This document shows, piece after piece, positions 1 to 9,447 of a stretch of DNA of 64,000 bases; within the stretch, counting starts at the first letter, position 1, and each line of letters starts with the position of its first letter. Origin of the DNA: Patescibacteria group bacterium. GTDB taxonomy: Bacteria > Patescibacteriota > WWE3 > UBA101185 > UBA10185. The notes below the pieces were generated by a model. It did not search any database. It was not told the DNA's origin and was given only the letters and a program-made list of their open reading frames with translations. The translations under genes were made by a program, and so were the position numbers. Where the stretch lies: assembly GCA_032117075.1 (NCBI GenBank), contig JAUMAA010000001.1, positions 13,597 through 77,596 on the forward strand. Direction: 5' to 3'.

Positions 1-186
1 ATTGTATGGTTAATTAATATAATACCTTTAATCTCCTTATTTTCCAGAAGAGTTCATGATGTTGATTATTCATTTTGGTATATACTGGTTCCAGGATTTA
101 ATTTGTACATTTTATTTTTAGCTTTTTTCTTCCATGGAACTGATGGGCCAAATAATTTTGGGGATGAGTATTCCGATTTAGAATAA
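1..186 (+). CDS. DUF805/YhaH-family inner membrane protein, 5'-truncated by window edge
   Basis: Frame 1 read by hand: ...SRRVHDVDYSFWYILVPGFN...HGTDGPNNFG...*, matching the RRxHD and GxxGPNxxG signature; not in ORF track. Confidence 0.8.
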   Translation: MVWLINIIPLISLFSRRVHDVDYSFWYILVPGFNLYILFLAFFFHGTDGPNNFGDEYSDLE

Positions 187-273
187 ATAAAGTATATTCT
201 CATTTAAAAAAATAAATATATAATTTCGGTTAAATCATTCAAATAGTTTGAGTGATTATTTGAGAGGGAAGGT

Positions 274-612
274 ATGATTATCTTTCGAGAAGGGGATGAG
301 GTATTCTTGACAAGCTGTAAGGAACTTTGTGGAATCTACAAACTTTCAGTTCTTCGCGATGGCAAGATTTACATTCACATTACTTCTTCTAAGGACAAGG
401 GTGGAAAGATGTTACTTGGCGGTGTTAAATTGCCTAAGAACATCAAGGACATTCCTAATGGCAATTTTTCTGTGGAAGCTTTGAATTGGTTTTTGAAAGG
501 ACTCAATCTCAAGGCAAGTTCTATTAAGGTAAATAAGGATCACTCAAAATGCGATGTCTTGCTTATGATGAACGATGGAAGAGAATATTCCAAGACTTTT
601 AGTTTGAGGTGA
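274..612 (+). CDS. hypothetical protein (112 aa)
   Basis: ORF with purine-rich SD-like GAGAGGGAAGG; ends at GC-rich hairpin 625-658. Confidence 0.6.
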   Translation: MIIFREGDEVFLTSCKELCGIYKLSVLRDGKIYIHITSSKDKGGKMLLGGVKLPKNIKDIPNGNFSVEALNWFLKGLNLKASSIKVNKDHSKCDVLLMMNDGREYSKTFSLR

Positions 613-624
613 GGTATAACGAAA

Positions 625-658
625 AGCGGCGCTTCGGTCATAAGACCTCAGCGCCGCT
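625..658. terminator. GC-rich hairpin between convergent small ORFs
   Basis: AGCGGCGCT...AGCGCCGCT stem with inner GGTC/GACC; followed by TTTCGTT on the minus strand. Confidence 0.75.
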
Positions 659-665
659 ATCTCTC

Positions 666-872
666 TCAGTTCCAAATACGAGCCAGTAATTCGTAACGTC
701 TCATAACTTCTTCGTAACGAAATTGTTCCGCAGGGAAATAAACTTTTCCTTTTGCGGAATCCTCAATTACAAAGTGTTCTCCGTCCAAGATAGGATTTAA
801 GCGAGCCAGCCATTCTGGCAACAAAAATCCCATATTCTTATACTCCCGAAGGAGTCTATCGAACTCAGTCAT
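666..872 (-). CDS. hypothetical protein (68 aa; start moved to ATG at 872)
   Basis: SD AAAGGAGG 5 nt before ATG; promoter TTGACA(942-937)-N17-TATATT(919-914). Confidence 0.65.
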   Translation of the reverse strand: MTEFDRLLREYKNMGFLLPEWLARLNPILDGEHFVIEDSAKGKVYFPAEQFRYEEVMRRYELLARIWN

Positions 873-913
873 AAAAACCTCCTTTGGTTTCATGATTCCA
901 ATATTGGACCTTA

Positions 914-942
914 AATATAACAAATAATTTCTAAATTGTCAA
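914..942 (-). promoter_or_regulatory. sigma70 promoter of the 68-aa orphan gene
   Basis: TTGACA-17 nt-TATATT with extended TG. Confidence 0.7.
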
Positions 943-945
943 AAA

Positions 946-2046
946 TTATGGGTTATATCTAGTTTTAAATATATCCATAACTTTATTTAGATTATCTTTT
1001 GTTACAGGACTTTCAAGTTTTTCCCAAACAATTTCTTTTTCCAATTTATCTTGCAGTTTTTTAATATATTCATAAATTTGGCTTCCAAAATCCCCTGTTT
1101 GAAGTGAATTAGTTTCCATTTGAGCTAGAAAATTTGATTGTAGATTTTTTTCATCTGATGAAGATTCTAAATGGACATGTAAGTTATTTTTTCTTCTGAA
1201 ATTGATATTTTTTAGAATTAAAAAATTATTTAATAAATCAATTATTACTGAGGTATTTATTTTTTTAAGTCTAAATAGATTTGCATTAGATAAATCTAAA
1301 ATATAATAATGATGAATATCTCTATTAGATAGAAGATGAGTTAAATTATAAATGGAAGTTTGGATACTGTTTGAATCAATGTTTGGATTAAAATTTAATT
1401 TGTAATCAATTAAAAAGTTATCATATTTTCTAAGTGTTTTTGTGTGAGTTGTAGGATGTCTCCCAGTTAGGTCTGGATTATTATATAAAGTTATTTGTCC
1501 TTTATTTTTACTGTGATTTAAATTCAATGAAATAGAATCTTTTTTTCTTACTTCCTGAAATCCTAATTTTTTAGCTGTACCAAATCCTATCATCACCCCT
1601 TTAATTATTTCTTCCTTAATTTTGTCATCCTCTAATTCTGCAAGAAATTTCAAAATGTCATAATTAATATTTTCCTCATCTGTCTTTAAATCTTCTAGTA
1701 AGTTTCCATCCCTAAAATTTATATATTCCAAAACTTCTAATGATTTTTGAAAATTCAATTTATTTCTATATACATAATCTAAAATATAGTGAATTGTTTT
1801 ACTGATTTTCATTTGTTCAGTTTCAACTGGTTTTCCTAATTTTCTTTTTTGAAAATGACAATGAGGGCATGTCAGAAAACTTTGTAAATTGGTTGGTGTA
1901 ACTGATCTGGAAATAAACCGTTCTGGATTGGAATTAAAAGTGTAAGAGAGGTTATTATTTTTTAAATAGCTAACCAATTCTTTTTTTGAATTTTCGCCTT
2001 CGTAGGTTGGAAACATTATTTTCTTTCTTTGGTCAGGAATTTTCAA
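946..2046 (-). CDS. PD-(D/E)XK nuclease superfamily protein (RecB/AddB C-terminal-like)
   Basis: TPTNLQSFLTCP, IHYILD, NPDL, LIDYK, QTSIY motifs in the canonical order. Confidence 0.65.
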   Translation of the reverse strand: MKIPDQRKKIMFPTYEGENSKKELVSYLKNNNLSYTFNSNPERFISRSVTPTNLQSFLTCPHCHFQKRKLGKPVETEQMKISKTIHYILDYVYRNKLNFQKSLEVLEYINFRDGNLLEDLKTDEENINYDILKFLAELEDDKIKEEIIKGVMIGFGTAKKLGFQEVRKKDSISLNLNHSKNKGQITLYNNPDLTGRHPTTHTKTLRKYDNFLIDYKLNFNPNIDSNSIQTSIYNLTHLLSNRDIHHYYILDLSNANLFRLKKINTSVIIDLLNNFLILKNINFRRKNNLHVHLESSSDEKNLQSNFLAQMETNSLQTGDFGSQIYEYIKKLQDKLEKEIVWEKLESPVTKDNLNKVMDIFKTRYNP

Positions 2047-2060
2047 ATTACAAATGAGAA

Positions 2061-2092
2061 TGGCGGTGTGGGTCTAGGACCCAACACCGCCA
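2061..2092. terminator. GC-rich hairpin downstream of the 79-aa orphan
   Basis: TGGCGGTGT/ACACCGCCA outer stem, GGGTC/GACCC inner stem. Confidence 0.7.
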
Positions 2093-2123
2093 AAAATCTC
2101 TCTCTGAGTTCTCTTTCTTCTTT

Positions 2124-2363
2124 CTAAAGAGAAAGTTTTACACCTCCCTCATTCAAGTTCTTGATTTCCCGAGAAATTTGTGTGCATACCATGTCGCTTT
2201 GGATAGCGACAGTGTACATGTCCTTTCGGACACCTGAACGAATGATTTCCCTTCTCACCTCTTGGTAAAGAACCTTTTTCACTTCGTTTTCCGTTCTGGC
2301 CGTAATGACCAGTCCGCGAAGGGCCCTTTTAACTCGGGCAACCAAGGAATTGTTGCGTGGCAT
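2124..2363 (-). CDS. basic hypothetical protein (79 aa; start moved to ATG at 2363)
   Basis: SD AAAGGAGG 5 nt before ATG; promoter TTGATA(2453-2448)-N17-TATAAT(2430-2425). Confidence 0.65.
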   Translation of the reverse strand: MPRNNSLVARVKRALRGLVITARTENEVKKVLYQEVRREIIRSGVRKDMYTVAIQSDMVCTQISREIKNLNEGGVKLSL

Positions 2364-2489
2364 ATTTTCCTCCTTTGGAAATTGATGCCTTGCCCTACCC
2401 CGAACTCTTTGGGTGGGTCTTGTAATTATACTCCTTTTTGAAAAAAATATCAAATTTTGGTGTTAAAATAAAGAAATCAGACCGCACCT

Positions 2490-2579
2490 GGAGGGATGCG
2501 AGAGTGGCCTATCCGGCTCGCCTGGAAAGCGACGCGTCGAGAAATCGGCACATGGGTTCGAATCCCATTCCCTCCGCCA
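2490..2579 (+). tRNA. tRNA-Ser(GGA)
   Basis: Acceptor GGAGGGA/TCCCTCC, anticodon loop CT-GGA-AA, long variable arm, T loop GGTTCGAATCC, discriminator G and encoded CCA. Confidence 0.95.
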
Positions 2580-2618
2580 TGAATGGAGATGAGAACCCAT
2601 CAGCATCAGACCCCCATT

Positions 2619-3722
2619 TTATTTATAAAATTCTCTATTGTAATAATATTGTCTGATTGTTAGCTCAATTAACTCATATTGAAAAAAGATTTTATTAAAG
2701 TATGGATTTTCTGCAGGTTTTAATTTGCCATTTTTATCTTCAAAAATTCCTGTGGCAGTCATTACTTTTTTCGGTCTTTCTTCAATAATATCTACATGAA
2801 GATAATTTTGATAATTAGGTTTTAGTCCTTTAACCAACCTACTTTGAATTCTTTCCATGTTTTCGATATCTATTTCATTCAAATCAATATTTTCATTATT
2901 TTTAAAAAAATTTGTACCCAAAATTTTAATTCGGTGATTTAAATCGGGATCCTTGAAGCCTAAAGTTTTGAGAATTTGTTCAGGTATACTTCCTGTAAAT
3001 CCAGTATCGAAAATAATTAAATCTTGATCATGAAGTATTTCATTACTTGTTAGATACTTTTCCCTATCCATTTCACTGTAATTATCTTTTATGAAGGTAT
3101 TGTAATTAATATATTTAGGTTTTATTTTTATAACTTCTCTATGGCTAAAATCTTCCACTTTTAATTTTCTTCTTTGAGCAATGTCTCCTGCCCTCCTTGC
3201 TTCATATGCATAAATACCATCCCTTCCCAAATAGACTTCAAATTTCTTATTTTGATTTTGAAGAGAGTCGAGTTCTGAGAATAATAAATCATATTTCGGC
3301 ACATCTTTTTCAATAACATCTATTATTTCAGATAAGCCATCTTTTAGTTCATTGCTCAAAGTTTTAAAATTAATATAAGTAATATTCTTTAATTTTCCAA
3401 AACAAAGAACTGAAAGATACTTTGAATACCTTTGTAAAATTCTTTCATAAAACTTGTTTTTAGTTAGAAAGATAGTTTTGAAACTTTCTTTTGCTTTAAA
3501 ATTTTTAGAAATGTTTTGCTCAAATAGACTAATTTCTTTAGTGAAAATATTGATAAGTTCGACTAGTGCCTCCAGTTGTAGTTCTGTAAAATTGTCATTT
3601 TGATCCAAATTACCTTTTAGAATTCTATAAAAATCCTTAGATCCTTTCTCGTAGGATTCCAATTCTTTTTTCTCCCTTTGGTATGGGTCGTTTGGTAATA
3701 TTTCTTTAAATATTTTATTCAT
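2619..3722 (-). CDS. hypothetical protein with LGRDG...DTGFTGS motif pair (PRTase-like fold?)
   Basis: 367-aa ORF; VYLGRDG and IIFDTGFTGSI resemble the RDG...DxGxxG module; helical N-terminus. Confidence 0.45.
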   Translation of the reverse strand: MNKIFKEILPNDPYQREKKELESYEKGSKDFYRILKGNLDQNDNFTELQLEALVELINIFTKEISLFEQNISKNFKAKESFKTIFLTKNKFYERILQRYSKYLSVLCFGKLKNITYINFKTLSNELKDGLSEIIDVIEKDVPKYDLLFSELDSLQNQNKKFEVYLGRDGIYAYEARRAGDIAQRRKLKVEDFSHREVIKIKPKYINYNTFIKDNYSEMDREKYLTSNEILHDQDLIIFDTGFTGSIPEQILKTLGFKDPDLNHRIKILGTNFFKNNENIDLNEIDIENMERIQSRLVKGLKPNYQNYLHVDIIEERPKKVMTATGIFEDKNGKLKPAENPYFNKIFFQYELIELTIRQYYYNREFYK

Positions 3723-3763
3723 ATCTTGCGGTATTTTACTAAAAATTGATATAATTTTATCAA

Positions 3764-4336
3764 ATGTTTTCTGCCTCTTTTTGGAAATACATTAAAAAAC
3801 ATAAAGAATTGACTATAGATTTTGTAGTTATATTCTTTGTCCTCATTTTTTCCATCATTTTAGTATCTTCAAAAGTTGAAGAAAAGATTTTAGGAAATTT
3901 TGTTGGTTTTGAATATATCCCATACTTTTTAGCCGGTGTTTTTTCTGTCAATTTTATTACAGCTTTTCCTGCCTATACATTTCTAGCAAAAGTAGTCACT
4001 CCTGAAAATTTTTGGTTAGTTACTACAATGGGTGCGATTGGATCGGTTGTAGGGGATACGTTGATTTTTTCATTTATTAAATTTAGATTACTTGAAAGCA
4101 TGATCAAATCTTTCAAACATAATAGATTTGTAATCTCCATTTTAAAAACTAAAAATCATATTTTAAAATATTTATTAATTTTAGTAGGCTGCCTAATTAT
4201 CATGTCTCCACTTCCAGATGAGTTTGGAGTTTTACTTATTGGACTTTCTAGAATCAAGCATAGACACTTTATTATTCTCTCTTTAATGTTAAACTCACTA
4301 GGAACATACTTGTTTCTTAGATTGTTCTTGCATTAA
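3764..4336 (+). CDS. multi-pass membrane protein (DedA/VTT-like)
   Basis: Hydrophobic segments, GAIGSVVGD and SPLPDEFG motifs. Confidence 0.55.
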   Translation: MFSASFWKYIKKHKELTIDFVVIFFVLIFSIILVSSKVEEKILGNFVGFEYIPYFLAGVFSVNFITAFPAYTFLAKVVTPENFWLVTTMGAIGSVVGDTLIFSFIKFRLLESMIKSFKHNRFVISILKTKNHILKYLLILVGCLIIMSPLPDEFGVLLIGLSRIKHRHFIILSLMLNSLGTYLFLRLFLH

Positions 4337-4341
4337 ATTAA

Positions 4342-6144
4342 ATGAACAAAAACGTAGAGCTACTCAAATCAAAAATAGATATAGTTAGTTTAATCGGAAG
4401 TTATCTTGAAATAAAAAAATCCGGTTCTAATTACAAAGGAGTTTGTCCTTTCCATAATGAGAAATCTCCTTCATTTATGGTAAATCAAAATTTACAGATT
4501 TATAAATGTTTCGGATGTGGAGAATCCGGAGATATTATTTCCTTTGTTGAAAAGATAGAAGGAGTAGATTTTAAATCTGCCCTAAAATTACTTTCAGAAA
4601 AATTTGGAATACCTTTAGAGGATGATGTGTTTTCAAAAGATGATAGTTCCAAAAAAAGAATTTATGAAATTAATAATTTGACATTAGAGTTCTATCATTA
4701 CTTACTTCTAAATCATGATCAGGGAAAAAAAGCTTTAGAGTATTTAATAGATAGTAGAAACATTTCCAGAGATACAATTAATGAATTTAAATTAGGATAT
4801 GCTCCCAAATCTTGGAGTACCTTGGTAGATTTTTTAAAAAAAAGAGGATACTCCGATGAAGAAATTATTATGGCCAATTTGGGGAATAGAAGTAAAAGAG
4901 GAAATTTGATTGATAAGTTTAGAGATCGTGTTATTTTTCCATACTTCTCCACAGATAGTAGGTGTATTGGTTTTATGGGAAGGACTATCTCAGGAGAAGA
5001 TCCTAAATATCTTAACAGTAGTGACACCCCTGTTTTTAAAAAAGGAGAGTTTTTGTATGGACTTTATAAAACAAAATTGGAAATTAAAAAAGATGGTGCG
5101 ATGATTGTTGAAGGAACGATGGATTTCTTAAAACCTTTTCAAAACGGTATTAAAAACCTTGTAGCTACCTCAGGAACTGCTCTAACGCCTAATCAGTTGG
5201 AGACTATAAAGAGATACACCAATAAATTATATTTTTGTTTTGACTCAGATAATGCCGGTGTATCTGCTATTCTAAGAGGAGTTGAGATTGCTGATAGATA
5301 CGATTTTGAGGTAAGGGTTTGTAATATAAAACCTCCATATAAAGATTTGGATGAGTTTTTTGATAAAGATTTTATACATGCTCAAGATATTTTAAAAAAT
5401 ACCATCGATATAAATGATTTTTATCTTAATGTTTTAACTAAGAGGCATGATAAAAAATCTGCTTCTGGAAAGAAAAATATTTTGAGCGATTTTGGACCAT
5501 TTTATGCCAAAATCGCTAATGAAATAACTAGAAATCATTATTTGAAGAAGTTATCAGAGTTGATTGATACTGATGAGGCATTAATTCAGAAAATGTTAAA
5601 AAATGAATCAAAAGTAACTTTTGAAGAATCACAAAAATCTTCTGCAAAAGCACCTATTAACAGTTCAAATGAAGTAAAAAATACCTCAAAAGGTATTGGT
5701 GAATTAAATAAACTCAAGGAAGCCTCACTAATAGCCATTTTGCTGAGAGGTGACCTTGACACCATTAAACCTATAGTGTTACAATTACCGTCTAATTACA
5801 TTGAAAATACGGACTTAAGGGAAGTTTTAGAAAATTTTAATAATTATCTCCCAAAGATGGAGACCTTGAAATTTGATATTTCTGAATTTCTAAAAACTTT
5901 GAATCCAAATTTAGTAAGTGTAGTTCAAGATTTAATGTTAATGGACTTGGGTTTAGAGATTAATAAAAAAGATCAAATTTTAGCTGAAGCGACAAATTTA
6001 TCATCTTTTATTAAAAAAGAGTATTTAAGAAAAAGAATCAAAGAAATCAGTAACCAGATTAAGGTTGCAGAGAAGGAAAATAATTTAGAAGAAGTAAAAA
6101 TTTTAACTGAGGAGTTTATAAATTTATCTAAATTATTAAATTAA
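4342..6144 (+). CDS. dnaG: DNA primase
   Basis: CPFHNEKSPSF...CFGC zinc finger, KYLNS, TOPRIM VEG..D and FDSDNAG; upstream of rpoD. Confidence 0.97.
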   Translation: MNKNVELLKSKIDIVSLIGSYLEIKKSGSNYKGVCPFHNEKSPSFMVNQNLQIYKCFGCGESGDIISFVEKIEGVDFKSALKLLSEKFGIPLEDDVFSKDDSSKKRIYEINNLTLEFYHYLLLNHDQGKKALEYLIDSRNISRDTINEFKLGYAPKSWSTLVDFLKKRGYSDEEIIMANLGNRSKRGNLIDKFRDRVIFPYFSTDSRCIGFMGRTISGEDPKYLNSSDTPVFKKGEFLYGLYKTKLEIKKDGAMIVEGTMDFLKPFQNGIKNLVATSGTALTPNQLETIKRYTNKLYFCFDSDNAGVSAILRGVEIADRYDFEVRVCNIKPPYKDLDEFFDKDFIHAQDILKNTIDINDFYLNVLTKRHDKKSASGKKNILSDFGPFYAKIANEITRNHYLKKLSELIDTDEALIQKMLKNESKVTFEESQKSSAKAPINSSNEVKNTSKGIGELNKLKEASLIAILLRGDLDTIKPIVLQLPSNYIENTDLREVLENFNNYLPKMETLKFDISEFLKTLNPNLVSVVQDLMLMDLGLEINKKDQILAEATNLSSFIKKEYLRKRIKEISNQIKVAEKENNLEEVKILTEEFINLSKLLN

Positions 6145-6150
6145 TAAAAT

Positions 6151-7266
6151 ATGCCAAGAACAAAAAAAGTTGTATCAACCAATCCAAATAAAGAAAAATT
6201 AATTAAGGACTTAATTGTTAAAGGAAAAAAACAAGGTTCTTTGAGTGATGATGACATCTTAAAAGTTTTTCCAAATGTTTATGAGTCAGCTGAAAATTTA
6301 GCTGAATTTGAAACATTGCTAGAAAGATTTGAAAAAGAAGGAATTATGTATATTCCTGATGGTGTTGTTGAAGAAGATGCTAAAGCAAAAGCAATTGTTG
6401 ATGAGTTAAATGATTTAACAACAGTTAAACTTGAGGGAAATGCTTCAACCGACCCAGTTAGAATGTACTTAAAAGAGCTAGGTAAGAACAGACTTTTAAC
6501 ACAACCAGAAGAGGTAGATTTATCTCAAAGAGTTGAAAAAGGGGATAAAGAAGCAAAGAAAATTTTAATTAATTCTAATTTAAGATTAGTTGTTTCTATT
6601 GCAAAAAAATACCCAGCAAAGAAACTGTCACTACTTGATTTGATTCAAGAAGGAAATATTGGTTTGATGAGAGCAGTTGATAAGTTTGACTGGAGAAAAG
6701 GTAATAAATTTTCTACATATGCAACTTGGTGGATTAGACAAGCTATTACTAGGGCAATCGCTGATCAAAATAGAACAGTGAGAGTTCCAGTTCATATGCA
6801 CGAAACAATTAATAAGTATAAAAAAATTGAAAGAGAATTAAAACAAACATTGGAAAGAGAGCCTACTCCTGAGGAAGTTGCAAAAGTTATGGGAATTGAA
6901 ACAGACAGAGCTCACACAATTGTTAAATTGAAGCAAGATACTACCTCTACTTCAGAAAAAGTTGGTAAAGAAGATGACATAACAAGAGGCGAGTTTTTGG
7001 TTGACTCAGCAACCCCTTCTCCTTTCGATACTTCAGCACATGAACTTTTGAAATCCCATATGGAAGGTATTCTTGACACTCTTAATCCAAGAGAAAAGAA
7101 AGTTATCGAATTAAGATATGGAATGAGGGATTCAAGAATAAGAACATTAGAAGAAGTTGGTAAAGAATTTGGAGTGACAAGAGAAAGAATCAGACAGATT
7201 GAAGCAAAAGCTCTTAGAAAACTTAGGCACCCTGCTAGAAGTAAAAAACTAAAAGACTACTTGTAA
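6151..7266 (+). CDS. rpoD: RNA polymerase primary sigma factor
   Basis: [47 protein letters not shown]. Confidence 0.97.
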   Translation: MPRTKKVVSTNPNKEKLIKDLIVKGKKQGSLSDDDILKVFPNVYESAENLAEFETLLERFEKEGIMYIPDGVVEEDAKAKAIVDELNDLTTVKLEGNASTDPVRMYLKELGKNRLLTQPEEVDLSQRVEKGDKEAKKILINSNLRLVVSIAKKYPAKKLSLLDLIQEGNIGLMRAVDKFDWRKGNKFSTYATWWIRQAITRAIADQNRTVRVPVHMHETINKYKKIERELKQTLEREPTPEEVAKVMGIETDRAHTIVKLKQDTTSTSEKVGKEDDITRGEFLVDSATPSPFDTSAHELLKSHMEGILDTLNPREKKVIELRYGMRDSRIRTLEEVGKEFGVTRERIRQIEAKALRKLRHPARSKKLKDYL

Positions 7267-7307
7267 CAAGCAAGTACTTTTAAAAAACTACTTGTAACAA
7301 GCAAGTA
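7256..7307. repeat. 21-bp palindromic direct repeat x2 (ACTACTTGTAACAAGCAAGTA)
   Basis: Identical copies at 7256-7276 and 7287-7307; each holds TACTTG-N7-CAAGTA. Confidence 0.9.
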
Positions 7308-7326
7308 AATGTTATAATAACTGGAT

Positions 7327-7361
7327 AGAGGAGACGATTTATTCGTCTCCTCTTATTTTTT
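7327..7361 (+). terminator. intrinsic terminator after rpoD
   Basis: 11-bp stem AGAGGAGACGA/TCGTCTCCTCT followed by TATTTTTT. Confidence 0.85.
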
Positions 7362-8576
7362 CTAATTTAAGTATCTCTCAAAATTTTCTTTATGACTTTG
7401 CACATCAGGTTGGTTGAAAGGATTTATTTTATAAAATAAACCTAGATATAAAACTTCATGCATTCTAAATTGCATATATCTACCTATTTCTTTTTCTAAT
7501 TCATTATCAAAATCAATATTAATAAAGGGTATTTCTTTACTAACAAGATCTCTTTGAATTGACATTGATATTGCATTGTCAATTTCATTGATATCTGTTC
7601 CTAAATATTTTTTTCCAAGAAAAGTTGTGGTGTTTAAAAATAAACTTTCAGAATTTTTTAGAGATATTAAGTTTAAATAAACTTGAGATGAATTTAAATA
7701 AAATTGTAAACTTGAGTGAGCTTCAATAAAAAAATTTCCATGAGATGTAAAAAAGGTGTCATCGTTTTTTCCAAGGGATTCGTTGAAAAGTTGTTTTTCC
7801 CATTTACCTAATTCTTCAAATACCTGATGATTATAAAGATTTTCATTTACTCTGACATTGGCTAAAAATTTTGATGCCGCAACAAGTCCAGAATGGGACT
7901 CTTCTGAAATTAAATTTCTGACTTCTTCTTCTGCCCCTTCAAGTATTTTGACAATATTTACCCCACAAAATGCTAAGGGAGCTAGCCCTACATGACTAAA
8001 AACTGAAAATCTTCCAGAAATTTTTTTGGGGATAGTTAGTATATTCATTTTCTTATGTTTAATTACAGAAGTTTGTGGGTTATTTTCATCAGTTATAAAA
8101 ACAATTCTTGAAGATTCTATATCTAAATAGTTTTGTAAAATTTCGTAATTATAGATTGTTTCAATAGTTTGACCTGATTTGGAGATAATAAATATTAGAT
8201 ATTCATCTTTTTCCATGTTTTTTATTTTTTTTATTGAGGATGAAAGAGTTTTTTCCGAAATATAGTCTATAAATTCTATGGGTAACAGGTTTTTTTCAGT
8301 TTTAATTAAGTTATAAATAGCCTTAGTGCCTTGGATGGACCCTCCTATTCCTATAACAAAAAGTTTCTTTAATTTTTTAAGATCAAATTTTTTTCTAAGT
8401 TCTAGAATCTCAATAATTTGAAATTTACTAAAAGGAAGGTTGATAAAGCTTTCTGGGGTTTTAAATTCCTTTTTTTGAAATGTCTTTTCAAGGTGCTCAT
8501 TAAAATCAATATTTTTTTGAACTAATTTTTCTAGTTTCTCTAGCTCGAAAAGTTGGTTGGACAGTGTAACTTTCAT
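7362..8576 (-). CDS. pgi: glucose-6-phosphate isomerase
   Basis: IGIGGS, SKSGQTIET, GRFSV, QLFNESLGK, NPFNQPDV. Confidence 0.88.
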   Translation of the reverse strand: MKVTLSNQLFELEKLEKLVQKNIDFNEHLEKTFQKKEFKTPESFINLPFSKFQIIEILELRKKFDLKKLKKLFVIGIGGSIQGTKAIYNLIKTEKNLLPIEFIDYISEKTLSSSIKKIKNMEKDEYLIFIISKSGQTIETIYNYEILQNYLDIESSRIVFITDENNPQTSVIKHKKMNILTIPKKISGRFSVFSHVGLAPLAFCGVNIVKILEGAEEEVRNLISEESHSGLVAASKFLANVRVNENLYNHQVFEELGKWEKQLFNESLGKNDDTFFTSHGNFFIEAHSSLQFYLNSSQVYLNLISLKNSESLFLNTTTFLGKKYLGTDINEIDNAISMSIQRDLVSKEIPFINIDFDNELEKEIGRYMQFRMHEVLYLGLFYKINPFNQPDVQSHKENFERYLN

Positions 8577-8613
8577 TATTTTATTATATTACTTTTAGCA
8601 TTAAAATATCTAT

Positions 8614-9447
8614 ATGTTTAATAGAGCTTTTTTGGCCTATCTTTTATTTATTTTACTAATACCTGCTTGGGTTTTTCTATACTTTTCTTTATTTGATAAC
8701 TATTTAAATATAGAAACTGCTAGAAATCAGAATGTAGCTTCTTTTAAATCTGTTGAAATAAGGCCCCAATCTAAAAGGATTCCTGTTTTAATGTATCATT
8801 ATGTGGAAATTAACCAGGATAAGAAAGACTACCTAAGAGACAACTTAAATACTAACCCCTACATTTTTGAGAAACAAATTCTAACCTTTAAGAATGCTGG
8901 ATATGAGTTTATATGGGCATCTGAGTTACCAAAAGCTCTTTCTGATAAATCAGATAAAAAATATGTGGTTTTCACTTTTGATGATGGTTATGAAACATTT
9001 TATTTACAGACTTACCCTATTATTAAAAAACATGGAATTAAAGTAACAAATTATTTGATTGCTGATTTTATAGGTAAGAAAAATTACCTTAGTAAATCTC
9101 AGATTCAAAAAATATATTCTGAAGGTCTGCTTGAAATAGGTTCCCATACTTTAAATCATCCAGGACTAACTCTAATTTCTAAAAATGAGGCTCTTTTTCA
9201 ACTCACTGATTCCAAGAGAAAATTAGAAAATACCTTTGGAACTAAGGTAGTTTCTTTTTGCTACCCTTACGGTTTTTACAATCCTGAGATTGCCTCTTTG
9301 GTTAAGGATGTAGGGTACACTAATGCCACTACTACTAAACTAGGCACTGTTGTATATGATGACAAACTTTTTGAAGTAAATCGTCTAAGGCCTGGAATAA
9401 TGGTTGATAGTGAACTTTTAAAATATGTTGATTCTATTAATTACTAA
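8614..9447 (+). CDS. membrane-anchored polysaccharide deacetylase (CE4)
   Basis: N-terminal TM, PVLMYH, TFDDG, GSHTLNH, FCYPYG. Confidence 0.9.
   Translation: MFNRAFLAYLLFILLIPAWVFLYFSLFDNYLNIETARNQNVASFKSVEIRPQSKRIPVLMYHYVEINQDKKDYLRDNLNTNPYIFEKQILTFKNAGYEFIWASELPKALSDKSDKKYVVFTFDDGYETFYLQTYPIIKKHGIKVTNYLIADFIGKKNYLSKSQIQKIYSEGLLEIGSHTLNHPGLTLISKNEALFQLTDSKRKLENTFGTKVVSFCYPYGFYNPEIASLVKDVGYTNATTTKLGTVVYDDKLFEVNRLRPGIMVDSELLKYVDSINY

Noticed and set aside
614-674. Integron attC site
   Set aside because: GTATAAC...GTTCCAA ends are not complementary beyond AAC/GTT, the other two hairpins lack such boxes, and there is no integrase.
946-2046. Cas4
   Set aside because: No C-terminal Cys cluster for the Fe-S site and no cas context.
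2438-2656. 72-aa ORF
   Set aside because: Spans the tRNA-Ser gene; spurious.
2490-4336. Integrated element at tRNA-Ser
   Set aside because: No duplicated tRNA 3' end or integrase seen in the window by eye.
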